Virus record (IMG/VR): IMGVR_UViG_3300024996_000130
Span: 1-42,232 of that record
Origin: a virus
Lineage: Duplodnaviria; Caudoviricetes
Strand: one strand, 5' to 3'
DNA length: 42,232 nt
Under the pieces are notes generated by a model that did no database searches, was not told where the DNA came from, and saw only the letters and a program-made list of their open reading frames with translations. Made by a program: the position numbers and the translations under genes. This document shows, in pieces, positions 1 to 8,367 of this stretch (its first letter is position 1; each line of letters starts with the position of its first letter).

Positions 1-1122
1 TCACGTCTCGCCGCGTTTCTTGCGCCGTAGCCGTGCGCGCTCGACCCGTTCCAGCTTCAACATGGTGGCCGTGACCAACTGCTTCTTCTCGTGTTCGCGG
101 CTGTAAAAGGCCGCCATCGATTCGGAGCGGTCACCGAGCAGGATTCCAACATCCTCTTTCGTTCCGCCCGCCTCGATCACCAGCTTGCCCACCGTGTGGC
201 GCAGGCCGTGAAAGGTGAGGTCTGGGCCCACCTTCTTCTCCCGCTCCAATCGACCAACCAGCTTGAAAAAACTGGCGCGGAAGCCGCTCTCCGTCCAGGA
301 CGTGCCATAGCTCGATACCACGAGTGTCGGCGGGTCAATCGGCAGCACCTTGCGCCGCTTCGCCCGGCGGTGGAGGGTGGCGCGGCGTTCCTCTGCCGCC
401 ATGGCAAGGATCTTGCGCAAGCGATAATGCGCCGGAATCCATAATGGTTCGGCGTTTTTCGATGCCACGGCATCAATCCGCTGGCCATCGAATGCGGATA
501 ACGGAATGCGGCAGGCATCGCCCTCCCGCAAGCCCGCGAACATGCCAAGCGCGATCATCGCGCGCAGCTCGATCGACGCTTCGGCCATCACCACTTCACG
601 CTCGTCGTCCGACCAGGGGCGGTTGGCGCGCTTCATGTTCTTCGGCCGGCTGATGGTTTTAACGCCAGCGGCCGGGTTCGCCCCTTCCAGGAAGCCACGC
701 GGGCGGCCCCATTCGAGCAGCAGGCGAATCACCTGCACCACGTAGTTGGCGAATCGGCGTTTGCGTTGTGCCAGCGCCTTGTCGCGCAAATCGTAGACGA
801 ACGCGGTGTCGATCTCGATGACACCAATATCCGCAATCGGCTTCAGCCAATCGAATACCTTGTTGTAATCCGCCTGGGTCCGGGGCGCGAGGTCGGTGAA
901 TTCCTGCTTTTTTTTGTAGGACTTTATCAGCGCATCCAGCGATCCATCGCGCGGCGCGCGCTCTTCGGCCTGCTTGTCCAGCTCCGCCACCTCGGCGGCA
1001 AAGGCATTGCTGCCAGGCTCAGCTTTCAGTTTCGCGCCAGTGGCGCGATGGTAATAGTAGATATAGGTTTTGCCGCCAGCACGGACGGTGACCCGCTTAA
1101 GCCCTTTGAGACGCATGAGCAT
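1..1122 (-). CDS. int: Tyrosine recombinase / phage integrase (start likely ATG 1122 or 1116, not 1215)
   Basis: N-terminal arm-binding-like YYYHR segment; GLREGD (Arg), FHGLRH (HxxR), LGD...AFY (Tyr). Confidence 0.93.
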   Translation of the reverse strand: MLMRLKGLKRVTVRAGGKTYIYYYHRATGAKLKAEPGSNAFAAEVAELDKQAEERAPRDGSLDALIKSYKKKQEFTDLAPRTQADYNKVFDWLKPIADIGVIEIDTAFVYDLRDKALAQRKRRFANYVVQVIRLLLEWGRPRGFLEGANPAAGVKTISRPKNMKRANRPWSDDEREVVMAEASIELRAMIALGMFAGLREGDACRIPLSAFDGQRIDAVASKNAEPLWIPAHYRLRKILAMAAEERRATLHRRAKRRKVLPIDPPTLVVSSYGTSWTESGFRASFFKLVGRLEREKKVGPDLTFHGLRHTVGKLVIEAGGTKEDVGILLGDRSESMAAFYSREHEKKQLVTATMLKLERVERARLRRKKRGET

Positions 1123-1354
1123 CGTCCAGCCGGTCCAGCCATTTTTTCCGCGAACGGGATTTCGGATCATCGCCGCCCAGCGTGTCAACCCAGGCATCCA
1201 GCCCCCGGCGGTCAAACAGCACGCGGGTGCGGATGCGAATCGGGGTAATCGGGCATTCCGCGCGGAATGTGGTGACGCTCATGCCGCAATAGGCCGCTGC
1301 TTCCTCGCTCGAAAGCAGGCGTGGTTCAATACGGATGTGAGCGCGCCGGGTCAT
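1097..1354 (-). CDS. xis: Excisionase-like HTH protein
   Basis: PRLLSSEEAAAYCGMSVTTF...VLFDRRGLDAWVD; overlaps integrase start; ATGA-coupled to upstream gene. Confidence 0.8.
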   Translation of the reverse strand: MTRRAHIRIEPRLLSSEEAAAYCGMSVTTFRAECPITPIRIRTRVLFDRRGLDAWVDTLGGDDPKSRSRKKWLDRLDDAHASQRA

Positions 1355-1674
1355 GGTCGTTCGCCTCCGCCCCATTTGGCGCGGAACGCGTTCATTTCGG
1401 CTTCCGTGCTGAAGCCAAACCAATTCCAGCCATTGATTGTCGCGCGACCGCGCTGCCACCGGCCCGGCCGGCCGTGGATCGGCCATGCTTCATTGCCAAA
1501 CTGTTCGTGACACCAATCCACGATCTTCCGGCAGTGATCGCTATTCGGTGAACCGATTTCTATGTCGATCATCCAGGGTGTGCCTGACCACACCTTTTGC
1601 ATGAGTTCATTACGCTCGCGATCGCCATAGTCGAAGGCGATGACGCGATGGTAGAGTGGTGTTCCAGTCATCAT
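1351..1674 (-). CDS. Hypothetical phage protein (Trp-rich, WCxExFG...FxxExxxxxF pattern)
   Basis: ATGA overlaps at both ends; protein-like composition. Confidence 0.7.
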   Translation of the reverse strand: MMTGTPLYHRVIAFDYGDRERNELMQKVWSGTPWMIDIEIGSPNSDHCRKIVDWCHEQFGNEAWPIHGRPGRWQRGRATINGWNWFGFSTEAEMNAFRAKWGGGERP

Positions 1675-2567
1675 CCGGCCACCCCTGCGTTCGGGTCCCA
1701 TGCCGGGTGCTGATTGCTGCGGCGCCAGAACATCGGTTCATCACCGCGCATCAGCATCAGATGCGCGATCACGTCGTCGGTCGGCGCCATTGCGCCTGCC
1801 CATGTGTCTTCATAATAGCCGATCGGGTGCATGCAGAGCGTGGTGCGGATGGAAAGTGAATTCGGCCTCTTTCGGCAAGGTCCGAGCACCACCGTTGGCC
1901 GCAGACGTCGGAAGATATAGTGCAGTCCCGTGCGGCGACTGGTCTCAAGAAATGCGCCGGTCAGCATGTACATCTTGAACTGCACATGTCGAAGCAGCGT
2001 GTCCAAAGTCTGGACAGCATTCGCTTCCTGCTCGATACCCCATGCGTATGAACAGTCCATCATAGAGATCAGCCGATCTATCGGGTTTGGCCGATAGAGA
2101 TAATGTCGGACCTTGCCATCGTGCCCGCGATACAGAACCACGGTGCAGCGCAGGACGATCGACTGAAATGTTCCCACGATCTCCATGTCCGCACTGTCCG
2201 GCAGATCGCGTGACATCTCCGGCTCGCCAATCTTCATCAGTCCTTCCGCGCGCGGAAACTTCGGTTCGATGACGAGGCGATGCCCGTCGATCGGCATCGG
2301 TATGCCTGCCCACGACCCGTCGACCATCGCGATGGCACGCAGCGCGTTGCGCAAGCCGGCATAGCCGTCGAGCGAATTGACGAGTGCGAAGGACGGGTCT
2401 TCAACCGCCCGCCGTGCGGCCCACAGCAATTCCTCGCGCCCCTGCGGCCGGGACGGATCTGGACGATGCTTTTCGACGTCCGCCGTTCTTGCGCGCTGGC
2501 TGAGACGCTGAAGTCTCTTCTGCTTCCGCGCCGCGCGCGCTTTCCGTTTTGCGATCCTGCTCGTCAT
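1671..2567 (-). CDS. Uncharacterised protein with C-terminal LCMHP...DDVIAHLMLM...DEPMFW domain; partner of the GG-ending protein
   Basis: Long ORF; GAGG SD 6 nt before ATG 2567; stop ATGA-coupled to next gene. Confidence 0.75.
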   Translation of the reverse strand: MTSRIAKRKARAARKQKRLQRLSQRARTADVEKHRPDPSRPQGREELLWAARRAVEDPSFALVNSLDGYAGLRNALRAIAMVDGSWAGIPMPIDGHRLVIEPKFPRAEGLMKIGEPEMSRDLPDSADMEIVGTFQSIVLRCTVVLYRGHDGKVRHYLYRPNPIDRLISMMDCSYAWGIEQEANAVQTLDTLLRHVQFKMYMLTGAFLETSRRTGLHYIFRRLRPTVVLGPCRKRPNSLSIRTTLCMHPIGYYEDTWAGAMAPTDDVIAHLMLMRGDEPMFWRRSNQHPAWDPNAGVAG

Positions 2568-2829
2568 GCTTCGCCTCGTCATGATCCGCCGCTTCGACGG
2601 GGTCGAAATCGGCAATGATGTACTCGTATTTGCTTTCGTCGAAATCTCGCGCCCGCTGGTAGATCGGGCGGCCTTCGGTATCCTTGTCGATCTCGATCAG
2701 AAGTGCGTAACCGCGGCGGATCATGTCCTTCACGATGCGCGCGGCGCGGATCATTCCGGCCGGATCGCTTGGATCAAACACCAGCTTATTATCGCCCGCG
2801 CCCACGTTGAGAATTCCCAGTTCACCCAT
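2401..2829 (-). CDS. Putative beta-grasp/ubiquitin-like protein ending in Gly-Gly
   Basis: Purine-rich leader; beta-beta-alpha-beta-like pattern read by eye; ends AVGRTAGG-stop; fold call is inference. Confidence 0.6.
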   Translation of the reverse strand: MGELGILNVGAGDNKLVFDPSDPAGMIRAARIVKDMIRRGYALLIEIDKDTEGRPIYQRARDFDESKYEYIIADFDPVEAADHDEAKHDEQDRKTESARGAEAEETSASQPARKNGGRRKASSRSVPAAGARGIAVGRTAGG

Positions 2830-2864
2830 TCTCTATCTCTTTCTGTGTCCGATTTCTTCAATTC

Positions 2865-3131
2865 TCATTCCTCCCTTGGCCGATAACCCGCGGCAGTCAG
2901 CGCGCGGATGACCAGGTTCCAGACATGCAGTTTCAGACGCGGATAGTTTTGAACTTTGCCAGTGCGTTGCACCCGGTTCTGGTTCAGCGCGTCCCGGTCG
3001 CGGCCGCGCAGGACGCGCACGTCATAATTACCGTTGTTGCGGGTGCCGCCGATGTTGCTGATATACATTCTGGCCAGCTCCGTGATCTGACCCGTGATAG
3101 CGCTGTGCAATTCGACACGGACCACGATCAT
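2865..3131 (-). CDS. Hypothetical phage protein
   Basis: MIVVRVEL...NYPR...VWNLVIRAL; ATGA-coupled to DUF5131 gene. Confidence 0.75.
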   Translation of the reverse strand: MIVVRVELHSAITGQITELARMYISNIGGTRNNGNYDVRVLRGRDRDALNQNRVQRTGKVQNYPRLKLHVWNLVIRALTAAGYRPREE

Positions 3132-4201
3132 TGCCCTGGCATCCCGTTGTGTTCGACGCCATCGAGCAGACGACCGGCGCGCTTCTTGCCGACTCGCCTC
3201 ACAGATGCGCCGTCCGCAAATTTATAAATCGGGCCGGGGCCGCCGACTTCCGACACGGATACCCATTCCCCGTTCTGTTTGTGGAAGAAGGGCACTTCCG
3301 CGCGGGCGCATTGATCGCGCAGGGAGCGTGCCCAATCGGGATGCATCGGCCGGGGGTTGGGGCCGCTCTCGCCGCCGACGATGACCCAGTCAATTTTGGG
3401 GCATTCTTCGGTCGCCGCGAGAACATCCTCGGGCGCGTCGTGATACTTCACGCCCCGCAGGCAATCCACGAAGTGCCAGCCGGTGCAGAGCGATGTCAGA
3501 TCAATCGAACCCAGCAACGGCTCGCAGGACAGGAAGCGAATGGCCGCCGGTGTGGCGAGCAGATGCGGGATGCGCTCGTTGGCGGCGGGCTGATCTTCGC
3601 AGCTCGTACCGAGCCAGACGTTACGCAATGGCCACCAGTCCGAACCATCTTGCGGCTGGACGAAGGGCAGGCCATGTTTTCCGCGGGTTTCTTTGACGGT
3701 GGGCAATTTGTAAAGCTCGCGCAGGAACATCATTTCCAGCACCACGCGATCAAAGGCGTTGTCGATGTAAGCGCGCAGCCGCTCCGAGCGCTTTGTCAGT
3801 ACCATGAAGGTATGTTGGGGGGAGTACGCCATCACCGCGAAAATGCGGTCGAGCATGCCGTCGGTAACAAAAGACGCGCCGATATCGGTCATCGAGCACA
3901 CGAATATGCGGCGCGGCTTCTTCCACCGCAGCGGCGCCAGCAGCATCTTTTCGTCCAGGAGGATTTCAATATCCGGTTCTGACTTTAGGCGATGACCGGG
4001 CTTAAAGTTCAGGCCGGTACCAAGGCGGCGATTCATGACTTCCGCATAACAATTGCGGCAACCCTCGCTGACATGTTCGCAATGCCAGCCGATTGGCGTT
4101 GGCTTTGGATACCGATTCCATGGATCGACAATCGGATTTGTTATCCGCGCCCGGATCGGATTCCACGTATAGTCGGTCCACTCGATTGCTGTCTTGGCCA
4201 T
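3128..4201 (-). CDS. DUF5131 / phage Gp37-Gp68 family radical-SAM-like protein
   Basis: TAIEWTDYTWNP, CEHVSEGCRNCYA, IFVCSMTD, LTKR, FLSCEPLL, WVIVGGESG, FFHKQNG. Confidence 0.92.
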   Translation of the reverse strand: MAKTAIEWTDYTWNPIRARITNPIVDPWNRYPKPTPIGWHCEHVSEGCRNCYAEVMNRRLGTGLNFKPGHRLKSEPDIEILLDEKMLLAPLRWKKPRRIFVCSMTDIGASFVTDGMLDRIFAVMAYSPQHTFMVLTKRSERLRAYIDNAFDRVVLEMMFLRELYKLPTVKETRGKHGLPFVQPQDGSDWWPLRNVWLGTSCEDQPAANERIPHLLATPAAIRFLSCEPLLGSIDLTSLCTGWHFVDCLRGVKYHDAPEDVLAATEECPKIDWVIVGGESGPNPRPMHPDWARSLRDQCARAEVPFFHKQNGEWVSVSEVGGPGPIYKFADGASVRRVGKKRAGRLLDGVEHNGMPGQ

Positions 4202-4205
4202 TGCG

Positions 4206-4301
4206 TTAGTCCCTCAGCGCGCGCATGGCGCAATAGATGAGAAGCCAGCCGGTGCCGAAACCAATTAGAAGTTCGGCCACCATATGCCAGACTGTCATCA
4301 T
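4206..4301 (-). CDS. 31-aa single-TM peptide (MMTVWHMVAELLIGFGTGWLLIYCAMRALRD), absent from ORF track
   Basis: Manual translation; ATGA overlap with upstream ORF; fills gap in operon. Confidence 0.55.
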   Translation of the reverse strand: MMTVWHMVAELLIGFGTGWLLIYCAMRALRD

Positions 4302-4456
4302 CGGCATTGCTCCGCGGCGATGGCCTGACAGAGATCGTCACCGATCATGATTTCGCCAAGCGTAAAGAGGAATGCGGCGGAGAACACGATCAGCAACGTG
4401 CAGAAGATGAGGCGCAGGCAGAATATCTGCCGCGCGCGTGTGCGAGCATTCGTCAT
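4298..4456 (-). CDS. 52-aa membrane peptide (MTNARTRARQIFCLRLIFCTLLIVFSAAFLFTLG...), absent from ORF track
   Basis: Manual translation; GGAG SD; ATGA overlaps at both ends. Confidence 0.6.
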   Translation of the reverse strand: MTNARTRARQIFCLRLIFCTLLIVFSAAFLFTLGEIMIGDDLCQAIAAEQCR

Positions 4457-4749
4457 GGCCGTTCTCCGTTAGCCTGATCGTCCGCGAACAGATCGTAGCT
4501 GGCCGCCTTGGCGTCCCGGCCGCCATGCAAGCCCTTCTTGATCGCCATCGCGCGGGCGATGCGCAGAATGATCGTGCCGCCCAGCGGCAGGACACCGCCG
4601 AGATGATTGGCATCGGGGCCGTAAATGGATGCGCGCGGAATGTTCACATCGCGCTCGCCATGGCCGGCGCGCACCGCGATCCAGACGGATTCCGCGCGAA
4701 TGGTTTTCAGACGGCATTCGACGCCGATATAGGCTTCGCCACCATTCAT
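4453..4749 (-). CDS. Hypothetical protein
   Basis: ATGA-coupled both sides; C-terminal SYDLF. Confidence 0.7.
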   Translation of the reverse strand: MNGGEAYIGVECRLKTIRAESVWIAVRAGHGERDVNIPRASIYGPDANHLGGVLPLGGTIILRIARAMAIKKGLHGGRDAKAASYDLFADDQANGERP

Positions 4750-5183
4750 TCGCGCACCGCGGCGGTCAGAATGGTGGCTTCAAGATCGCTGACGTCGAAC
4801 AGGCCCTGCCGGCCGCGGTAGGGAACGGGTTCGGCCAGGACGCGATAATCGCCGCGCCGAAAGCCGAAACGACCCGTATCGAAGTTGCCGCAAACCTTGT
4901 CCCAATAGGGCGTGCGGATCGTCTCGGTTGGATAGCAACCGGTTACGTGACATGCACCGATGATCGCGCCGCGTGGCAATGTGCGGGACCAGTCTGCCCC
5001 GAACATACGAACCACAATGGCGCATAGATCGGGCTCGAGATCGGTTTCGACGCGCTTGGCCGCGTGGACGGCCAGCCAGAAGCCATCGTTCGGTATCGCT
5101 AGCCGCCAGTGCCGGGTCTCGTGAATCTTTGCGGGTGACAGCCAGAGGCTGGCCCATGGTTGCCAGAGCGATAGCGCCTTCAT
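4746..5183 (-). CDS. ASCH domain protein
   Basis: [38 protein letters not shown] signature. Confidence 0.88.
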   Translation of the reverse strand: MKALSLWQPWASLWLSPAKIHETRHWRLAIPNDGFWLAVHAAKRVETDLEPDLCAIVVRMFGADWSRTLPRGAIIGACHVTGCYPTETIRTPYWDKVCGNFDTGRFGFRRGDYRVLAEPVPYRGRQGLFDVSDLEATILTAAVRE

Positions 5184-5386
5184 GCCGCGTCCCTTCCATC
5201 GAGTGGAAAGGGAAGGCCCATGCGCTCGCCCTCGGTCGCGAAAATCGCGTGGCCGCAGGTGTTGCAGATATAGCGTTCGGTGCCCGCCATATGGGTGCCG
5301 GCAATGCCGTGCGCGGCGTCATGCACATGGCTGTGCTCTGTCGGCCGTTCGCAATGCGGGCAATGCACGCTGGTGCCCGTGGTCAT
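5180..5386 (-). CDS. Small zinc-ribbon protein with His-rich loop
   Basis: CPHC...CNTC; ATGA-coupled; GGAGG SD. Confidence 0.7.
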   Translation of the reverse strand: MTTGTSVHCPHCERPTEHSHVHDAAHGIAGTHMAGTERYICNTCGHAIFATEGERMGLPFPLDGRDAA

Positions 5387-5856
5387 GCCGCCGCCCTCCA
5401 TGTGCGCACGCGCTGGTGCTCGCGCGACAGATTGCGCAGAAAGCGTGTGATGGCGATCAGGGCCGGGCGGTATTGAAGGGCCATCTGCCGCTGGAGCCCG
5501 TCCGCGCTCTGGCATTGCAACAGAAAGATGTTGGCCCGCACCAATTGCAGCGTGGCCGCGAAGTCGGGATTGGCATCGACCAGCCATGCCACCGCTCTTT
5601 GCGCATGCATCACGGTGGTGTGGTGACGGCCACCGAAAAAGCGGCCGATGGCGGGAAACGACATGGCGGTCATTTCGCGCACCAGTGCCATGGCCATCTG
5701 GCGCGGGCGCGCCACGGCTCGGCATCGGTCTTGCCCGCGCAGCGCGGCATAGCTGAGCTTCGGGTGTGCAATCAGCACCGCGGCCATGATCTCTGCAATG
5801 GTGGGACGCCAGACTTCCGCCGCGTCTGTCTCTGGCGTGGGGAATGCGAGGGTCAT
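5383..5856 (-). CDS. Stand-alone DnaA C-terminal (domain IV) HTH protein
   Basis: [10 protein letters not shown]...[20 protein letters not shown] matches the DnaA domain IV signature. Confidence 0.88.
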   Translation of the reverse strand: MTLAFPTPETDAAEVWRPTIAEIMAAVLIAHPKLSYAALRGQDRCRAVARPRQMAMALVREMTAMSFPAIGRFFGGRHHTTVMHAQRAVAWLVDANPDFAATLQLVRANIFLLQCQSADGLQRQMALQYRPALIAITRFLRNLSREHQRVRTWRAAA

Positions 5857-6413
5857 TGCGCGCACCCCCGGCCGATTGTGGCGCCGCCGTCTTCAGGGTT
5901 CGTGAATTTGCGCCAATGCACCCAGCCGGCATCCGGGCAGTGGAAGCCCCATTCCCGCCAGACCGGTCCCGTGACGAACAGCGTCCAGCAATCATCGGGT
6001 TCGTCGATCTCGACACGGTGGGCCGCGCGGGGACCGCGCACCACGATGTCGCCCGCGTGACGCTCGACGCGATGGTTTATGCCGCCCGCGGCGATGGTGT
6101 GTTCAATGTAGAAACCGCTCAGCAGAAGAGAGCAGTTGAACCAGGGATGGTCGTGCAATGCGCGATCATCGTCGCTGCGTAGAAACTGATGCAGATAGAG
6201 GTTCGGCAGAATGGACTTCAGTGCGCGCTGCCACCATGTGGGTTGATCGCGCCACCAGCCGCTCCATGGCGTCAGATACCAGCGGCGGAGGTATGGTTGA
6301 TCCGCCCCGCCGATCACGACGTCGGGCGCGCGCTCCAGTGCAACGCGGCTATATAGAGCGATGCGAAGCGGCCAGATCAGCTTGCGGGCGTAAAGACTGT
6401 GCCACATTGTCAT
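5853..6413 (-). CDS. Cupin-like phage protein
   Basis: [47 protein letters not shown]. Confidence 0.8.
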   Translation of the reverse strand: MTMWHSLYARKLIWPLRIALYSRVALERAPDVVIGGADQPYLRRWYLTPWSGWWRDQPTWWQRALKSILPNLYLHQFLRSDDDRALHDHPWFNCSLLLSGFYIEHTIAAGGINHRVERHAGDIVVRGPRAAHRVEIDEPDDCWTLFVTGPVWREWGFHCPDAGWVHWRKFTNPEDGGATIGRGCAQ

Positions 6414-7051
6414 GCCACGGCCCTCCATGTGCGGCTTTCGCGCAGGCCTGCGCGCGCGGCATAGAGCCACCAGCCGTCGAAGAATTTTTCGTAAGCCTTG
6501 TCCGCGGCGAGCGGTGCGATGCGGCGCACCAGCGGGCGAACCCCGCGCAATTGATATTCGCGGATTTCGCGGTCGACACCCGCGCCCAGCGAGATCAGTT
6601 CGGAAAGATGCAGCCGATCGACCGCCAGCATCAGCGGCGCTGCAATCGCTTCGGGCACCGGCCAATCGAGATCGAAGGCTTCATGCACCGCTTCCGCCGT
6701 GCGCACCCACATGGTTGCGAACGCGGTCATCGCCCCGTTGCCGGCGGCGTTGACGAATTGCGCATCGGGCCAGCCGCCGAAGGCGAGCGGGGCAAAATGC
6801 ATCAGTCCGTAACAGCCCCATAGTGGCTCTTCCCGGCCCAGCGCATCGGCCAGCATCACCGCGCGCTGCGCTACCGAATAGGAAAGTCCATGCCGCACCG
6901 CCATCGCCTTGCGGGTGGCCAGCGCCATCGCAATGTCACCCAGTGCAATGGTCGCCGGGTCCGGTGCGGTGCCGAGGTCAAAGCGCGCGCCGGATGGCAT
7001 CACCGCCGCGCGGGAATTGGTTTCGCAGGTGGCAAACGGCGCCCACATCAT
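6410..7051 (-). CDS. YfdR-like HD-fold protein with degenerate active site
   Basis: SGARFDL...DIAMALA...YSVAQR...LMHFA scaffold typical of phage HD nucleotidases; metal ligands substituted. Confidence 0.7.
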   Translation of the reverse strand: MMWAPFATCETNSRAAVMPSGARFDLGTAPDPATIALGDIAMALATRKAMAVRHGLSYSVAQRAVMLADALGREEPLWGCYGLMHFAPLAFGGWPDAQFVNAAGNGAMTAFATMWVRTAEAVHEAFDLDWPVPEAIAAPLMLAVDRLHLSELISLGAGVDREIREYQLRGVRPLVRRIAPLAADKAYEKFFDGWWLYAARAGLRESRTWRAVA

Positions 7052-7266
7052 ACCAGCCACCCGGACTGCGAAGCCCAGAGGACGAAGCCCGCTTCCGCCG
7101 CCGCCAGTGCCGTAATCCACCAGCCGATGGGGGAAAGCTGCAGGACCAGCCGCTGCATCATGCTGCCGCCGGTGGCCGCGCGTGCCGCGAACACCGCGCC
7201 GAACAGCACCATGGCGACAAAGCCGCTGAGCAAGAGGCCCGCCAGAAGCGCGAGGTTGGCGATCAT
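7048..7266 (-). CDS. Small two-TM membrane protein
   Basis: Two hydrophobic stretches; GAGGT SD; ATGA coupling. Confidence 0.7.
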   Translation of the reverse strand: MIANLALLAGLLLSGFVAMVLFGAVFAARAATGGSMMQRLVLQLSPIGWWITALAAAEAGFVLWASQSGWLV

Positions 7267-7520
7267 GCCGCCACCTCGCGGGAGTCGGTGTGGCGAGCCG
7301 TAAGAAAGTGACTGGTCGCGGCATCGCAGATTGATGCCGCCAGATTCAGCGCGTTCACCCAGCCGATGGGTTCAAGGCGAATGATCGCGCCGTTCGCGTC
7401 CACGAACGAAATCTGCAAGCCGTCTTCGCCCTGCGGTGCGGTGCCGCGCCAGATCACGCCCGGCTTCGAAGTGCGCTGGCCGGATGCTGGTCCGGCCGCC
7501 GCGGCGATGATGCCCGTCAT
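7263..7520 (-). CDS. Hypothetical protein
   Basis: GAGGT SD, ATGA coupling at both ends. Confidence 0.65.
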   Translation of the reverse strand: MTGIIAAAAGPASGQRTSKPGVIWRGTAPQGEDGLQISFVDANGAIIRLEPIGWVNALNLAASICDAATSHFLTARHTDSREVAA

Positions 7521-7533
7521 GCCGCCACCTCGC
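7263..7533. repeat. 17-bp direct repeat TCATGCCGCCACCTCGC at 7263-7279 and 7517-7533 (SD + stop/start junction)
   Basis: Exact match read from sequence. Confidence 0.85.
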
Positions 7534-7726
7534 ACGGCTGTTCGGCGGCGAGAGCGGATGCCGGCAGCCACAGGACGCCGCGGCCGCCCGTCAGCAGGAT
7601 TTCGTAAGCCTGCACCTCCGCGCGGTCATAACGGAATTCCCGCCGCCGCACGGTGCCGCTGCGGCCGTCTGAGAGGCGGACGGCATCGCCCAGTTTCAGT
7701 TGCTTATGTTCGAGTTTTGGCATCAT
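7517..7726 (-). CDS. First gene of early-left operon, small SH3/KOW-like protein
   Basis: GGGGAG SD; LKLGDAVRL.DGRSGTV pattern. Confidence 0.65.
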   Translation of the reverse strand: MMPKLEHKQLKLGDAVRLSDGRSGTVRRREFRYDRAEVQAYEILLTGGRGVLWLPASALAAEQPCEVAA

Positions 7727-7748
7727 CCGCTCCCCAAGGATCGCTGGA

Positions 7749-7800
7749 CGATAATCGCAATAAAACGCGACTGTCAACTTAAAGACGCAATATAACGCGT
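7749..7800 (-). promoter_or_regulatory. PL promoter with operators OL1 (7755-7770) and OL2 (7785-7800)
   Basis: TTGACA on minus strand at 7777-7772; operators TCGCA-ATAAAA-CGCGA and ACGCA-ATATAA-CGCGT. Confidence 0.82.
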
Positions 7801-7853
7801 TTCGTTATAGTGGCCTAGAATGGTTAAATCGCCCCCAGTTGGGGGCTACGAAC

Positions 7854-8366
7854 ATGATTGTAAATGGAATTCGGGTGCGAATCGTACTTTTGGGGGTTCT
7901 TTCGTTACTGGTTTGCCCATGGGTCACACACGCGTATGCGAGTGGCGGTATCGACGATCAATACATCGAGAATTATTCGCGTGAACTTGATGCCAAGGTC
8001 GCGGCTGCTAAGCAAAGCGAAATAGCGCGCGTCGAAAAGGCTATCGTTGACAATCGACATCCCGCATCGTTGGCAGCAGGGGAGCGGTCGATCAAGGAAT
8101 TGATGAAGGATCCTTCGTCGGTTCAATTCCGGCGTCTGAAGCAAAAGAAGATGGATCAGTCGCAGTTCGTTTGCGGAGAATTCAACGCAAAAAATAGCTA
8201 TGGGGGCTATGTGGGTTTCAAGCGCTTCATCGCGAACGCAGGCGGGGTCATCGCCTTTGACGGCGACGATACGGGGCCGTTTGCATGGGCATTAGCCGAA
8301 GCCGGCATGGGCAGCTATCTCGGATCGACGCCGAACCCAGCTATCACCCAATTTTGCGAGTCATAG
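7854..8366 (+). CDS. Exported/membrane-anchored moron protein in the immunity region
   Basis: Signal-like N-terminus ending AYA; VCGEFNAKNSYGGYVGFKRF motif; visibly lower GC. Confidence 0.78.
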   Translation: MIVNGIRVRIVLLGVLSLLVCPWVTHAYASGGIDDQYIENYSRELDAKVAAAKQSEIARVEKAIVDNRHPASLAAGERSIKELMKDPSSVQFRRLKQKKMDQSQFVCGEFNAKNSYGGYVGFKRFIANAGGVIAFDGDDTGPFAWALAEAGMGSYLGSTPNPAITQFCES

Positions 8367-8367
8367 A

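Noticed and set aside
7048-7266. Small TM proteins as holins
   Set aside because: They lie in early operons with no endolysin nearby; lysis genes are probably beyond the window.
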